In this document: piece after piece, positions 8,158 through 20,517 of the stretch | How positions within the stretch are numbered: the first letter of the stretch is position 1 | Layout: the number at the start of each line of letters is the position of its first letter | Assembly: GCF_009914755.1 (NCBI RefSeq) | Contig: NC_060933.1 | DNA: 64,000 bases | Strand: one strand, 5' to 3' | DNA from: the human T2T-CHM13v2.0 reference genome, Homo sapiens | Made by a program: the position numbers and the translations under genes | Notes under the pieces: generated by a model | Seen by the model: the letters and a program-made list of their open reading frames with translations, nothing else | What the model was told of the DNA's origin: nothing | Database searches by the model: none

Positions 8158-9659
8158 CTAAGGCCCCCCAGGAGCGGGCGCAAAGGGCGGCGGGCCCGCG
8201 GGCCAGGGCCCCGCAGCCAGCAGGCTGTCGAGCGTGGCCAGCGCCCAGTGCAGGGCGGCCCCGGCGTGCGCCAGCTGCCAGGTGAGCCAGGCGCGCTGCG
8301 AGGCGCTGGGCTGCGTGCCGCCGGCGGGCCCCGGGAGGAAGGCGCCCCCCGGGGCCCGAAGCTCGCCCAGGGCCACGTCCAGCCCGCCCAGGTGGTTGAC
8401 GACTCGCGAGAGCGGGCACGGGAGGGAGACCCAGGCTTCTGGGGAGTGGCGTCGGCGGCGCTTTGGGGAGGTGGGTCGCTCCTCCCGGACGTCAACGCGG
8501 CGTTGCGGGCCGCTCGTCCTCCCTGGCGATCTAGGCCGGTGCTTTGGCTCCTCCAGGCGCCTCGGGCTGGGAACAGAACCTGCGCGGGAGACAGAGCGGG
8601 AGGTGCCAGAGGGACTGCGCGCAGCGCTAGGGGACCCATTTCCAAGGTCCCGAAGCCGCTCCCGACCCCGCCTCCCCCTGCCCTCCATCCCCCACCCCTC
8701 CGCGGCTCGCCTCCGCGCCCCATCCTCTCGGCCCCTCCCTGCATCCTGGGGACTCCGGTGCCCCGTCCGGGGTGCCCTCCCCTCCGCCCGTTCAAACTTG
8801 AAGCACATCTCATCTGGGGCCACCGGGGGCCCGGGTTCCTGGCGCACTGAGGGCTTCCTCGGCCCCCTCGGGGCCCCCCACTCCCCGCTCCCCTTCCCGG
8901 GGCCCTGCGCCCTCCTCCCCACCCCTCCAAGCTCCCAGCCCCTAAACCTGCCTCCTCTGCGCTCGTGGGGGCGTCGTGCTCTGCCGGACTCGGGCTTGTC
9001 GTGGCCTCGCTCTCCGGCTGGGGCTGGTCGTGGCTTGACCTTCCGCCCTCGGTTTCCGGTTTCTCTGCCGGGACTGCGAGGGGAGCCGTCGGGGCTTCTC
9101 CACCGTTTGTGCCTGGACGCAGAGGCCTCCCGGCTGTGCCCGCTGGAAGCTGCGGGGGAAGAGGAGGTCGACAGTGAGTGGGCCATGACCCGTCCGTAGA
9201 CGGCTGCGGGAGGGTTGCAAGGGCCAAGCTCCCAGAGTGACTTCAAGGCAGGAATGGCTCTGCTCCCAGGTGTCCCCCACCCCCTCCTCTTTCTCCAGCT
9301 GCCCAAGACCTCCAGGCCCCACTCCCCTGGTCCCTTCCTGTCTCCTCACTCTGGCTGTTCCCCAGCTGCCTGGCACCCTCCAGCAAACCCTCCTCCGCGG
9401 GCGCACCCAGAGGATGGCCCAGCTGGCGGAGCCACCCAGCACACAAAAAGTCTGCCTTTCTTTGACCTTAGGTTTCCCCACCACCTGCCGGATCAGGGCC
9501 CGTGGGGCGGGGGCCGCTGCCTTTGTCACCCCAGCTCTAACTCTCCTGCCTCCCTGGCCCCTGCCACCCCCTCCACACACCAATCCGCACAGACGAGACA
9601 CTCGACCCTCACTCACCTCGTCCTCTCTCAGAGCCCTCCCGGTTCTTGCGGGTCTCCAT
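8158..9659 (-). CDS. Predicted 3-exon gene, copy 2 (intron-2 branch-point variant)
   Basis: Same signals at offset +5442; ORF intact; begins METRKNREG. Confidence 0.55.
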
Positions 9660-12079
9660 CTTCCCCTGCTTTCCACAGGGAGGTCTGTCTTCTCCCGTCT
9701 CCTCAAAGGACAGCTTCCCCATCCAGGAAAGAGCTCTGTGTTCCCGGCGAGGAGGCTCTACCCTCTGGCAGCCTGAGCAGCGCAAGCGGGGCAATGGCCG
9801 GTTGGGCGCAGCCGGCGGGCTTTGATAGGGAGCCAGGACCCCCTGCTGGGAGTTCCCAGGAGGATTGGCTGCGGACACGCCCACAGGGGCAGGCTACCTT
9901 GATTAGGTTAGGCGGGTTGGAGGGGTTCCGCTTTCTCCCTGGGTCCCTGCCGCTCTGTCTCCGGCAAGTGATGAGCAATTTTGCGGAGTGGCAGAACAGA
10001 GACAAAGGTAGCTGTGGGCTTCACGGTAATTTCAAAGGAAGTGCCCTACTTCGTTGCCCATTTCGAAGTCCTCTCTACCTCTGCGTTGGACGATTTCTCC
10101 ACTTCCTGGTGTGCACCTGCGTGTGTGCGTGCCTGTGTGTGTGTGTGTGTGTGCGCGCGCGCGCGCGCGCGTGCTGGGGTGTGTGCACACTATGCCGAGA
10201 GTCGGGCAAATTTCGAGTGAAGGGAGACCGAGTCCCGCAGGTTCTCTTGCTCCTGCAGTCTGCGGAGGAAAAACTCCTTTCTGGCACGGCGGCAGGAATC
10301 CATCTACCGACGTTAGGAAAGGACAGGGTGTGCTTTCGTCCCAGCTTAGTTTTCTATGGAGAAACAGGCAGCAGAGGAGAGTGGGCCAGAGGGCCACATT
10401 TTGCCCACGACCAGCCAGGTTTGAGTTGGTTCCTCCTAGGCCTCACGGTCTGATTTTCTCCTCCCCTTTGTGTACCCGACGGGTGTTGCTCTGAGCTCAG
10501 GACCATCCCGGCGGGCTGCGGATGGGATCATCGTGTGTGTATGGCCACAGCCCTCCGCCTCGCTCGCTCGGTGAGCACGTGAATCAAGGAAGGGGCACAC
10601 GACTCTAGGCAGGACCCGGCGGGGTGTGGGGAGGAGAAACTCGGTAAGAGAAGAGAGGGAGAGGGAGACGTGCGAGGCGCAGGCTGTCCCAGGCGAGTCT
10701 TAGAAACCGCGTGCGCGGAGACGTCCGCCAGAAAGCAAGCAGGCGAAAGGAAATGGAACATCCGCAGGGCCGGTGCCGTGGGATCCGGTCACGCCCTGAC
10801 GGCTTTCGGGGACATCTCAGGCTCGCTGTCTCCGCCTTGGACCTGGCGCAGAGAGGAGTGAGGCCTGAGGACAGGGCTGCGTGGCCAGCTGGGTGTGGGA
10901 GGTGCCAACACAGTAAGGGCTGGTCAAGGGGTGGCCGGGAGCGATACGGGGGGGTTGCTCAAGAAATCACCGCTGGAACTGGGATCAAGTCATCCCACTT
11001 CTGGACGTATCGCCTAAGGACACGAAATCGGGATGTGGTGCAAATATGTGTCCTGCTGCGTTGGTTGTCGGCACGCTACCTGTAACCAAGACGTGGAATC
11101 GACCTAAGTGCCCATCAGCAGATGACTAGAGAAGGACAAAGGAGTGGGGTTCGCAGAAGAAACACATCAGGGAAAGGAAAGGAGAGCCGGTCATCTGGGA
11201 CGTCATGCACGGACCCAAAAGTCATGGTGCCCAGTGAAATCAGCCAGGCCCATCCGACCCGTATTGCGTGATCTCCTTGGGATGTGGGATGGAAAGCGGT
11301 GAGGATCGCGAAAGTAGAGAGGAGAAAGGTGGTTGGCCGGGCCTGGGGCCGGGGTAGGGGCAGGGAAAAGATGCCCATGCGAGATGTGGGTCAAAGGGCA
11401 CAAAGTTTCCGAGAGGCAGGTGGAGTGCTTCCTGGATATCCGTGGCAGGGCAACGTGAGTACGGTGGAGCAGAATGTAAGGTTCTCGTGAATATACCCAC
11501 GGGAGTAGAGCTGAAAATTCTCCCGACAGGGACAGGGGACGCATGTGGGGCGATAAGTGTGTGAATTCGGCCGATTCTAGTGAATTCCCTAATGAAGACG
11601 TCACACACGGTAAGTGTGTATCATATTTATTGTCATTCATACTTGAAGGCACCGGCGGGGGAAGGAAATAATTAAATCGCAAGACAAAACCTCCAAGAGA
11701 GATCACCTCGAAGAGAGTCTAACGTCCGTAGGAACGCTCTCGGGTTCACAAGGATTGACCGAACCCCAGGATACGTCGCTCTCCATCTGAGGCTTGCTCC
11801 AAATGGCCCTCCACTATTCCAGGCACGTGGGTGTCTCCCCTAACTCTCCCTGCTCTCCTGAGCCCATGCTGCCTATCACCCATCGGTGCAGGTCCTTTCT
11901 GAAGAGCTCGGGTGGATTCTCTCCATCCCACTTCCTTTCCCAAGAAAGAAGCCACCGTTCCAAGACACCCAATGGGACATTCCCCTTCCACCTCCTTCTC
12001 CAAAGTTGCCCAGGTGTTCATCACAGGTTAGGGAGAGAAGCCCCCAGGTTTCAGTTACAAGGCATAGGACGCTGGCATG

Positions 12080-12126
<47 letters not shown>

Positions 12127-12570
12127 CTCGAAGAGGTAGCCACAAGGGTCATTAAACACTTGACGACTGTTTTCCAAAAACGTGGATGCAGTTCATCCAC
12201 GCCAAAGCCAAGGGTGCAAAGCAAACACGGAATGGTGGAGAGATTCCAGAGGCTCACCAAACCCTCTCAGGAATATTTTCCTGACCCTGGGGGCAGAGGT
12301 TGGAAACATTGAGGACATTTCTTGGGACACACGGAGAAGCTGACCGACCAGGCATTTTCCTTTCCACTGCAAATGACCTATGGCGGGGGCATTTCACTTT
12401 CTCCTGCAAATCACCTATGGCGAGGTACCTCCCCAAGCCCCCACCCCCACTTCCGCGAATCGGCATGGCTCGGCCTCTATCCGGGTGTCACTCCAGGTAG
12501 GCTTCTCAACGCTCTCGGCTCAAAGAAGGACAATCACAGGTCCAAGCCCAAAGCCCACACCTCTTCCTTT

Positions 12571-13218
12571 TGTTATACCCACAGAAGTTAGAGAAAACGC
12601 CACACTTTGAGACAAATTAAGAGTCCTTTATTTAAGCCGGCGGCCAAAGAGATGGCTAACGCTCAAAATTCTCTGGGCCCCGAGGAAGGGGCTTGACTAA
12701 CTTCTATACCTTGGTTTAGGAAGGGGAGGGGAACTCAAATGCGGTAATTCTACAGAAGTAAAAACATGCAGGAATCAAAAGAAGCAAATGGTTATAGAGA
12801 GATAAACAGTTTTAAAAGGCAAATGGTTACAAAAGGCAACGGTACCAGGTGCGGGGCTCTAAATCCTTCATGACACTTAGATATAGGTGCTATGCTGGAC
12901 ACGAACTCAAGGCTTTATGTTGTTATCTCTTCGAGAAAAATCCTGGGAACTTCATGCACTGTTTGTGCCAGTATCTTATCAGTTGATTGGGCTCCCTTGA
13001 AATGCTGAGTATCTGCTTACACAGGTCAACTCCTTGCGGAAGGGGGTTGGGTAAGGAGCCCTTCGTGTCTCGTAAATTAAGGGGTCGATTGGAGTTTGTC
13101 CAGCATTCCCAGCTACAGAGAGCCTTATTTACATGAGAAGCAAGGCTAGGTGATTAAAGAGACCGACAGGGAAGATTCAAAGTAGCGACTTAGAGTAAAA
13201 ACAAGGTTAGGCATTTCA
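12571..13218 (-). mobile_element. ERV1-class solo LTR, monomer 3
   Basis: Copy of 1699-2346. Confidence 0.9.
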
Positions 13219-13587
13219 CTTTCCCAGAGAACGCGCAAACATTCAATGGGAGAGAGGTCCCGAGTCGTCAAAGTCCCAGATGTGGCGAGCCCCCGGGAGG
13301 AAAAACCGTGTCTTCCTTAGGATGCCCGGAACAAGAGCTAGGCTTCCGGAGCTAGGCAGCCATCTATGTCCGTGAGCCGGCGGGAGGGAGACCGCCGGGA
13401 GGCGAAGTGGGGCGGGGCCATCCTTCTTTCTGCTCTGCTGCTGCCGGGGAGCTCCTGGCTGGCGTCCAAGCGGCAGGAGGCCGCCGTCCTGCAGGGCGCC
13501 GTAGAGTTTGCGGTGCAGAGTCGGGATCGCCTCTGGGGCAGAGGGTTCGAGCTTTTCCAAGGCGAGGGTGCTGGCTCCCGTGCGCAC

Positions 13588-15089
13588 CTAAGGCCCCCCA
13601 GGAGCGGGCGCAAAGGGCGGCGGGCCCGCGGGCCAGGGCCCCGCAGCCAGCAGGCTGTCGAGCGTGGCCAGCGCCCAGTGCAGGGCGGCCCCGGCGTGCG
13701 CCAGCTGCCAGGTGAGCCAGGCGCGCTGCGAGGCGCTGGGCTGCGTGCCGCCGGCGGGCCCCGGGAGGAAGGCGCCCCCCGGGGCCCGAAGCTCGCCCAG
13801 GGCCACGTCCAGCCCGCCCAGGTGGTTGACGACTCGCGAGAGCGGGCACGGGAGGGAGACCCAGGCTTCTGGGGAGTGGCGTCGGCGGCGCTTTGGGGAG
13901 GTGGGTCGCTCCTCCCGGACGTCAACGCGGCGTTGCGGGCCGCTCGTCCTCCCTGGCGATCTAGGCCGGTGCTTTGGCTCCTCCAGGCGCCTCGGGCTGG
14001 GAACAGAACCTGCGCGGGAGACAGAGCGGGAGGTGCCAGAGGGACTGCGCGCAGCGCTAGGGGACCCATTTCCAAGGTCCCGAAGCCGCTCCCGACCCCG
14101 CCTCCCCCTGCCCTCCATCCCCCACCCCTCCGCGGCTCGCCTCCGCGCCCCATCCTCTCGGCCCCTCCCTGCATCCTGGGGACTCCGGTGCCCCGTCCGG
14201 GGTGCCCTCCCCTCCGCCCGTTCAAACTTGAAGCACATCTCATCTGGGGCCACCGGGGGCCCGGGTTCCTGGCGCACTGAGGGCTTCCTCGGCCCCCTCG
14301 GGGCCCCCCACTCCCCGCTCCCCTTCCCGGGGCCCTGCGCCCTCCTCCCCACCCCTCCAAGCTCCCAGCCCCTAAACCTGCCTCCTCTGCGCTCGTGGGG
14401 GCGTCGTGCTCTGCCGGACTCGGGCTTGTCGTGGCCTCGCTCTCCGGCTGGGGCTGGTCGTGGCTTGACCTTCCGCCCTCGGTTTCCGGTTTCTCTGCCG
14501 GGACTGCGAGGGGAGCCGTCGGGGCTTCTCCACCGTTTGTGCCTGGACGCAGAGGCCTCCCGGCTGTGCCCGCTGGAAGCTGCGGGGGAAGAGGAGGTCG
14601 ACAGTGAGTGGGCCATGACCCGTCCGTAGACGGCTGCGGGAGGGTTGCAAGGGCCAAGCTCCCAGAGTGACTTCAAGGCAGGAATGGCTCTGCTCCCAGG
14701 TGTCCCCCACCCCCTCCTCTTTCTCCAGCTGCCCAAGACCTCCAGGCCCCACTCCCCTGGTCCCTTCCTGTCTCCTGACTCTGGCTGTTCCCCAGCTGCC
14801 TGGCACCCTCCAGCAAACCCTCCTCCGCGGGCGCACCCAGAGGATGGCCCAGCTGGCGGAGCCACCCAGCACACAAAAAGTCTGCCTTTCTTTGACCTTA
14901 GGTTTCCCCACCACCTGCCGGATCAGGGCCCGTGGGGCGGGGGCCGCTGCCTTTGTCACCCCAGCTCTAACTCTCCTGCCTCCCTGGCCCCTGCCACCCC
15001 CTCCACACACCAATCCGCACAGACGAGACACTCGACCCTCACTCACCTCGTCCTCTCTCAGAGCCCTCCCGGTTCTTGCGGGTCTCCAT
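13588..15089 (-). CDS. Predicted 3-exon gene, copy 3 (intron-2 branch-point variant)
   Basis: Same signals at offset +10872; ORF intact. Confidence 0.55.
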
Positions 15090-17509
15090 CTTCCCCTGCT
15101 TTCCACAGGGAGGTCTGTCTTCTCCCGTCTCCTCAAAGGACAGCTTCCCCATCCAGGAAAGAGCTCTGTGTTCCCGGCGAGGAGGCTCTACCCTCTGGCA
15201 GCCTGAGCAGCGCAAGCGGGGCAATGGCCGGTTGGGCGCAGCCGGCGGGCTTTGATAGGGAGCCAGGACCCCCTGCTGGGAGTTCCCAGGAGGATTGGCT
15301 GCGGACACGCCCACAGGGGCAGGCTACCTTGATTAGGTTAGGCGGGTTGGAGGGGTTCCGCTTTCTCCCTGGGTCCCTGCCGCTCTGTCTCCGGCAAGTG
15401 ATGAGCAATTTTGCGGAGTGGCAGAACAGAGACAAAGGTAGCTGTGGGCTTCACGGTAATTTCAAAGGAAGTGCCCTACTTCGTTGCCCATTTCGAAGTC
15501 CTCTCTACCTCTGCGTTGGACGATTTCTCCACTTCCTGGTGTGCACCTGCGTGTGTGCGTGCCTGTGTGTGTGTGTGTGTGTGCGCGCGCGCGCGCGCGC
15601 GTGCTGGGGTGTGTGCACACTATGCCGAGAGTCGGGCAAATTTCGAGTGAAGGGAGACCGAGTCCCGCAGGTTCTCTTGCTCCTGCAGTCTGCGGAGGAA
15701 AAACTCCTTTCTGGCACGGCGGCAGGAATCCATCTACCGACGTTAGGAAAGGACAGGGTGTGCTTTCGTCCCAGCTTAGTTTTCTATGGAGAAACAGGCA
15801 GCAGAGGAGAGTGGGCCAGAGGGCCACATTTTGCCCACGACCAGCCAGGTTTGAGTTGGTTCCTCCTAGGCCTCACGGTCTGATTTTCTCCTCCCCTTTG
15901 TGTACCCGACGGGTGTTGCTCTGAGCTCAGGACCATCCCGGCGGGCTGCGGATGGGATCATCGTGTGTGTATGGCCACAGCCCTCCGCCTCGCTCGCTCG
16001 GTGAGCACGTGAATCAAGGAAGGGGCACACGACTCTAGGCAGGACCCGGCGGGGTGTGGGGAGGAGAAACTCGGTAAGAGAAGAGAGGGAGAGGGAGACG
16101 TGCGAGGCGCAGGCTGTCCCAGGCGAGTCTTAGAAACCGCGTGCGCGGAGACGTCCGCCAGAAAGCAAGCAGGCGAAAGGAAATGGAACATCCGCAGGGC
16201 CGGTGCCGTGGGATCCGGTCACGCCCTGACGGCTTTCGGGGACATCTCAGGCTCGCTGTCTCCGCCTTGGACCTGGCGCAGAGAGGAGTGAGGCCTGAGG
16301 ACAGGGCTGCGTGGCCAGCTGGGTGTGGGAGGTGCCAACACAGTAAGGGCTGGTCAAGGGGTGGCCGGGAGCGATACGGGGGGGTTGCTCAAGAAATCAC
16401 CGCTGGAACTGGGATCAAGTCATCCCACTTCTGGACGTATCGCCTAAGGACACGAAATCGGGATGTGGTGCAAATATGTGTCCTGCTGCGTTGGTTGTCG
16501 GCACGCTACCTGTAACCAAGACGTGGAATCGACCTAAGTGCCCATCAGCAGATGACTAGAGAAGGACAAAGGAGTGGGGTTCGCAGAAGAAACACATCAG
16601 GGAAAGGAAAGGAGAGCCGGTCATCTGGGACGTCATGCACGGACCCAAAAGTCATGGTGCCCAGTGAAATCAGCCAGGCCCATCCGACCCGTATTGCGTG
16701 ATCTCCTTGGGATGTGGGATGGAAAGCGGTGAGGATCGCGAAAGTAGAGAGGAGAAAGGTGGTTGGCCGGGCCTGGGGCCGGGGTAGGGGCAGGGAAAAG
16801 ATGCCCATGCGAGATGTGGGTCAAAGGGCACAAAGTTTCCGAGAGGCAGGTGGAGTGCTTCCTGGATATCCGTGGCAGGGCAACGTGAGTACGGTGGAGC
16901 AGAATGTAAGGTTCTCGTGAATATACCCACGGGAGTAGAGCTGAAAATTCTCCCGACAGGGACAGGGGACGCATGTGGGGCGATAAGTGTGTGAATTCGG
17001 CCGATTCTAGTGAATTCCCTAATGAAGACGTCACACACGGTAAGTGTGTATCATATTTATTGTCATTCATACTTGAAGGCACCGGCGGGGGAAGGAAATA
17101 ATTAAATCGCAAGACAAAACCTCCAAGAGAGATCACCTCGAAGAGAGTCTAACGTCCGTAGGAACGCTCTCGGGTTCACAAGGATTGACCGAACCCCAGG
17201 ATACGTCGCTCTCCATCTGAGGCTTGCTCCAAATGGCCCTCCACTATTCCAGGCACGTGGGTGTCTCCCCTAACTCTCCCTGCTCTCCTGAGCCCATGCT
17301 GCCTATCACCCATCGGTGCAGGTCCTTTCTGAAGAGCTCGGGTGGATTCTCTCCATCCCACTTCCTTTCCCAAGAAAGAAGCCACCGTTCCAAGACACCC
17401 AATGGGACATTCCCCTTCCACCTCCTTCTCCAAAGTTGCCCAGGTGTTCATCACAGGTTAGGGAGAGAAGCCCCCAGGTTTCAGTTACAAGGCATAGGAC
17501 GCTGGCATG

Positions 17510-17554
<45 letters not shown>

Positions 17555-17998
17555 CTCGAAGAGGTAGCCACAAGGGTCATTAAACACTTGACGACTGTTT
17601 TCCAAAAACGTGGATGCAGTTCATCCACGCCAAAGCCAAGGGTGCAAAGCAAACACGGAATGGTGGAGAGATTCCAGAGGCTCACCAAACCCTCTCAGGA
17701 ATATTTTCCTGACCCTGGGGGCAGAGGTTGGAAACATTGAGGACATTTCTTGGGACACACGGAGAAGCTGACCGACCAGGCATTTTCCTTTCCACTGCAA
17801 ATGACCTATGGCGGGGGCATTTCACTTTCTCCTGCAAATCACCTATGGCGAGGTACCTCCCCAAGCCCCCACCCCCACTTCCGCGAATCGGCATGGCTCG
17901 GCCTCTATCCGGGTGTCACTCCAGGTAGGCTTCTCAACGCTCTCGGCTCAAAGAAGGACAATCACAGGTCCAAGCCCAAAGCCCACACCTCTTCCTTT

Positions 17999-18646
17999 TG
18001 TTATACCCACAGAAGTTAGAGAAAACGCCACACTTTGAGACAAATTAAGAGTCCTTTATTTAAGCCGGCGGCCAAAGAGATGGCTAACGCTCAAAATTCT
18101 CTGGGCCCCGAGGAAGGGGCTTGACTAACTTCTATACCTTGGTTTAGGAAGGGGAGGGGAACTCAAATGCGGTAATTCTACAGAAGTAAAAACATGCAGG
18201 AATCAAAAGAAGCAAATGGTTATAGAGAGATAAACAGTTTTAAAAGGCAAATGGTTACAAAAGGCAACGGTACCAGGTGCGGGGCTCTAAATCCTTCATG
18301 ACACTTAGATATAGGTGCTATGCTGGACACGAACTCAAGGCTTTATGTTGTTATCTCTTCGAGAAAAATCCTGGGAACTTCATGCACTGTTTGTGCCAGT
18401 ATCTTATCAGTTGATTGGGCTCCCTTGAAATGCTGAGTATCTGCTTACACAGGTCAACTCCTTGCGGAAGGGGGTTGGGTAAGGAGCCCTTCGTGTCTCG
18501 TAAATTAAGGGGTCGATTGGAGTTTGTCCAGCATTCCCAGCTACAGAGAGCCTTATTTACATGAGAAGCAAGGCTAGGTGATTAAAGAGACCAACAGGGA
18601 AGATTCAAAGTAGCGACTTAGAGTAAAAACAAGGTTAGGCATTTCA
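17999..18646 (-). mobile_element. ERV1-class solo LTR, monomer 4
   Basis: Copy of 1699-2346. Confidence 0.9.
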
Positions 18647-19015
18647 CTTTCCCAGAGAACGCGCAAACATTCAATGGGAGAGAGGTCCCGAGTCGTCAAA
18701 GTCCCAGATGTGGCGAGCCCCCGGGAGGAAAAACCGTGTCTTCCTTAGGATGCCCGGAACAAGAGCTAGGCTTCCGGAGCTAGGCAGCCATCTATGTCCG
18801 TGAGCCGGCGGGAGGGAGACCGCCGGGAGGCGAAGTGGGGCGGGGCCATCCTTCTTTCTGCTCTGCTGCTGCCGGGGAGCTCCTGGCTGGCGTCCAAGCG
18901 GCAGGAGGCCGCCGTCCTGCAGGGCGCCGTAGAGTTTGCGGTGCAGAGTCGGGATCGCCTCTGGGGCAGAGGGTTCGAGCTTTTCCAAGGCGAGGGTGCT
19001 GGCTCCCGTGCGCAC

Positions 19016-20517
19016 CTAAGGCCCCCCAGGAGCGGGCGCAAAGGGCGGCGGGCCCGCGGGCCAGGGCCCCGCAGCCAGCAGGCTGTCGAGCGTGGCCAGC
19101 GCCCAGTGCAGGGCGGCCCCGGCGTGCGCCAGCTGCCAGGTGAGCCAGGCGCGCTGCGAGGCGCTGGGCTGCGTGCCGCCGGCGGGCCCCGGGAGGAAGG
19201 CGCCCCCCGGGGCCCGAAGCTCGCCCAGGGCCACGTCCAGCCCGCCCAGGTGGTTGACGACTCGCGAGAGCGGGCACGGGAGGGAGACCCAGGCTTCTGG
19301 GGAGTGGCGTCGGCGGCGCTTTGGGGAGGTGGGTCGCTCCTCCCGGACGTCAACGCGGCGTTGCGGGCCGCTCGTCCTCCCTGGCGATCTAGGCCGGTGC
19401 TTTGGCTCCTCCAGGCGCCTCGGGCTGGGAACAGAACCTGCGCGGGAGACAGAGCGGGAGGTGTCAGAGGGACTGCGCGCAGCGCTAGGGGACCCATTTC
19501 CAAGGTCCCGAAGCCGCTCCCGACCCCGCCTCCCCCTGCCCTCCATCCCCCACCCCTCCGCGGCTCGCCTCCGCGCCCCATCCTCTCGGCCCCTCCCTGC
19601 ATCCTGGGGACTCCGGTGCCCCGTCCGGGGTGCCCTCCCCTCCGCCCGTTCAAACTTGAAGCACATCTCATCTGGGGCCACCGGGGGCCCGGGTTCCTGG
19701 CGCACTGAGGGCTTCCTCGGCCCCCTCGGGGCCCCCCACTCCCCGCTCCCCTTCCCGGGGCCCTGCGCCCTCCTCCCCACCCCTCCAAGCTCCCAGCCCC
19801 TAAACCTGCCTCCTCTGCGCTCGTGGGGGCGTCGTGCTCTGCCGGACTCGGGCTTGTCGTGGCCTCGCTCTCCGGCTGGGGCTGGTCGTGGCTTGACCTT
19901 CCGCCCTCGGTTTCCGGTTTCTCTGCCGGGACTGCGAGGGGAGCCGTCGGGGCTTCTCCACCGTTTGTGCCTGGACGCAGAGGCCTCCCGGCTGTGCCCG
20001 CTGGAAGCTGCGGGGGAAGAGGAGGTCGACAGTGAGTGGGCCATGACCCGTCCGTAGACGGCTGCGGGAGGGTTGCAAGGGCCAAGCTCCCAGAGTGACT
20101 TCAAGGCAGGAATGGCTCTGCTCCCAGGTGTCCCCCACCCCCTCCTCTTTCTCCAGCTGCCCAAGACCTCCAGGCCCCACTCCCCTGGTCCCTTCCTGTC
20201 TCCTGACTCTGGCTGTTCCCCAGCTGCCTGGCACCCTCCAGCAAACCCTCCTCCGCGGGCGCACCCAGAGGATGGCCCAGCTGGCGGAGCCACCCAGCAC
20301 ACAAAAAGTCTGCCTTTCTTTGACCTTAGGTTTCCCCACCACCTGCCGGATCAGGGCCCGTGGGGCGGGGGCCGCTGCCTTTGTCACCCCAGCTCTAACT
20401 CTCCTGCCTCCCTGGCCCCTGCCACCCCCTCCACACACCAATCCGCACAGACGAGACACTCGACCCTCACTCACCTCGTCCTCTCTCAGAGCCCTCCCGG
20501 TTCTTGCGGGTCTCCAT
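19016..20517 (-). CDS. Predicted 3-exon gene, copy 4
   Basis: Same signals at offset +16300; ORF intact. Confidence 0.58.
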
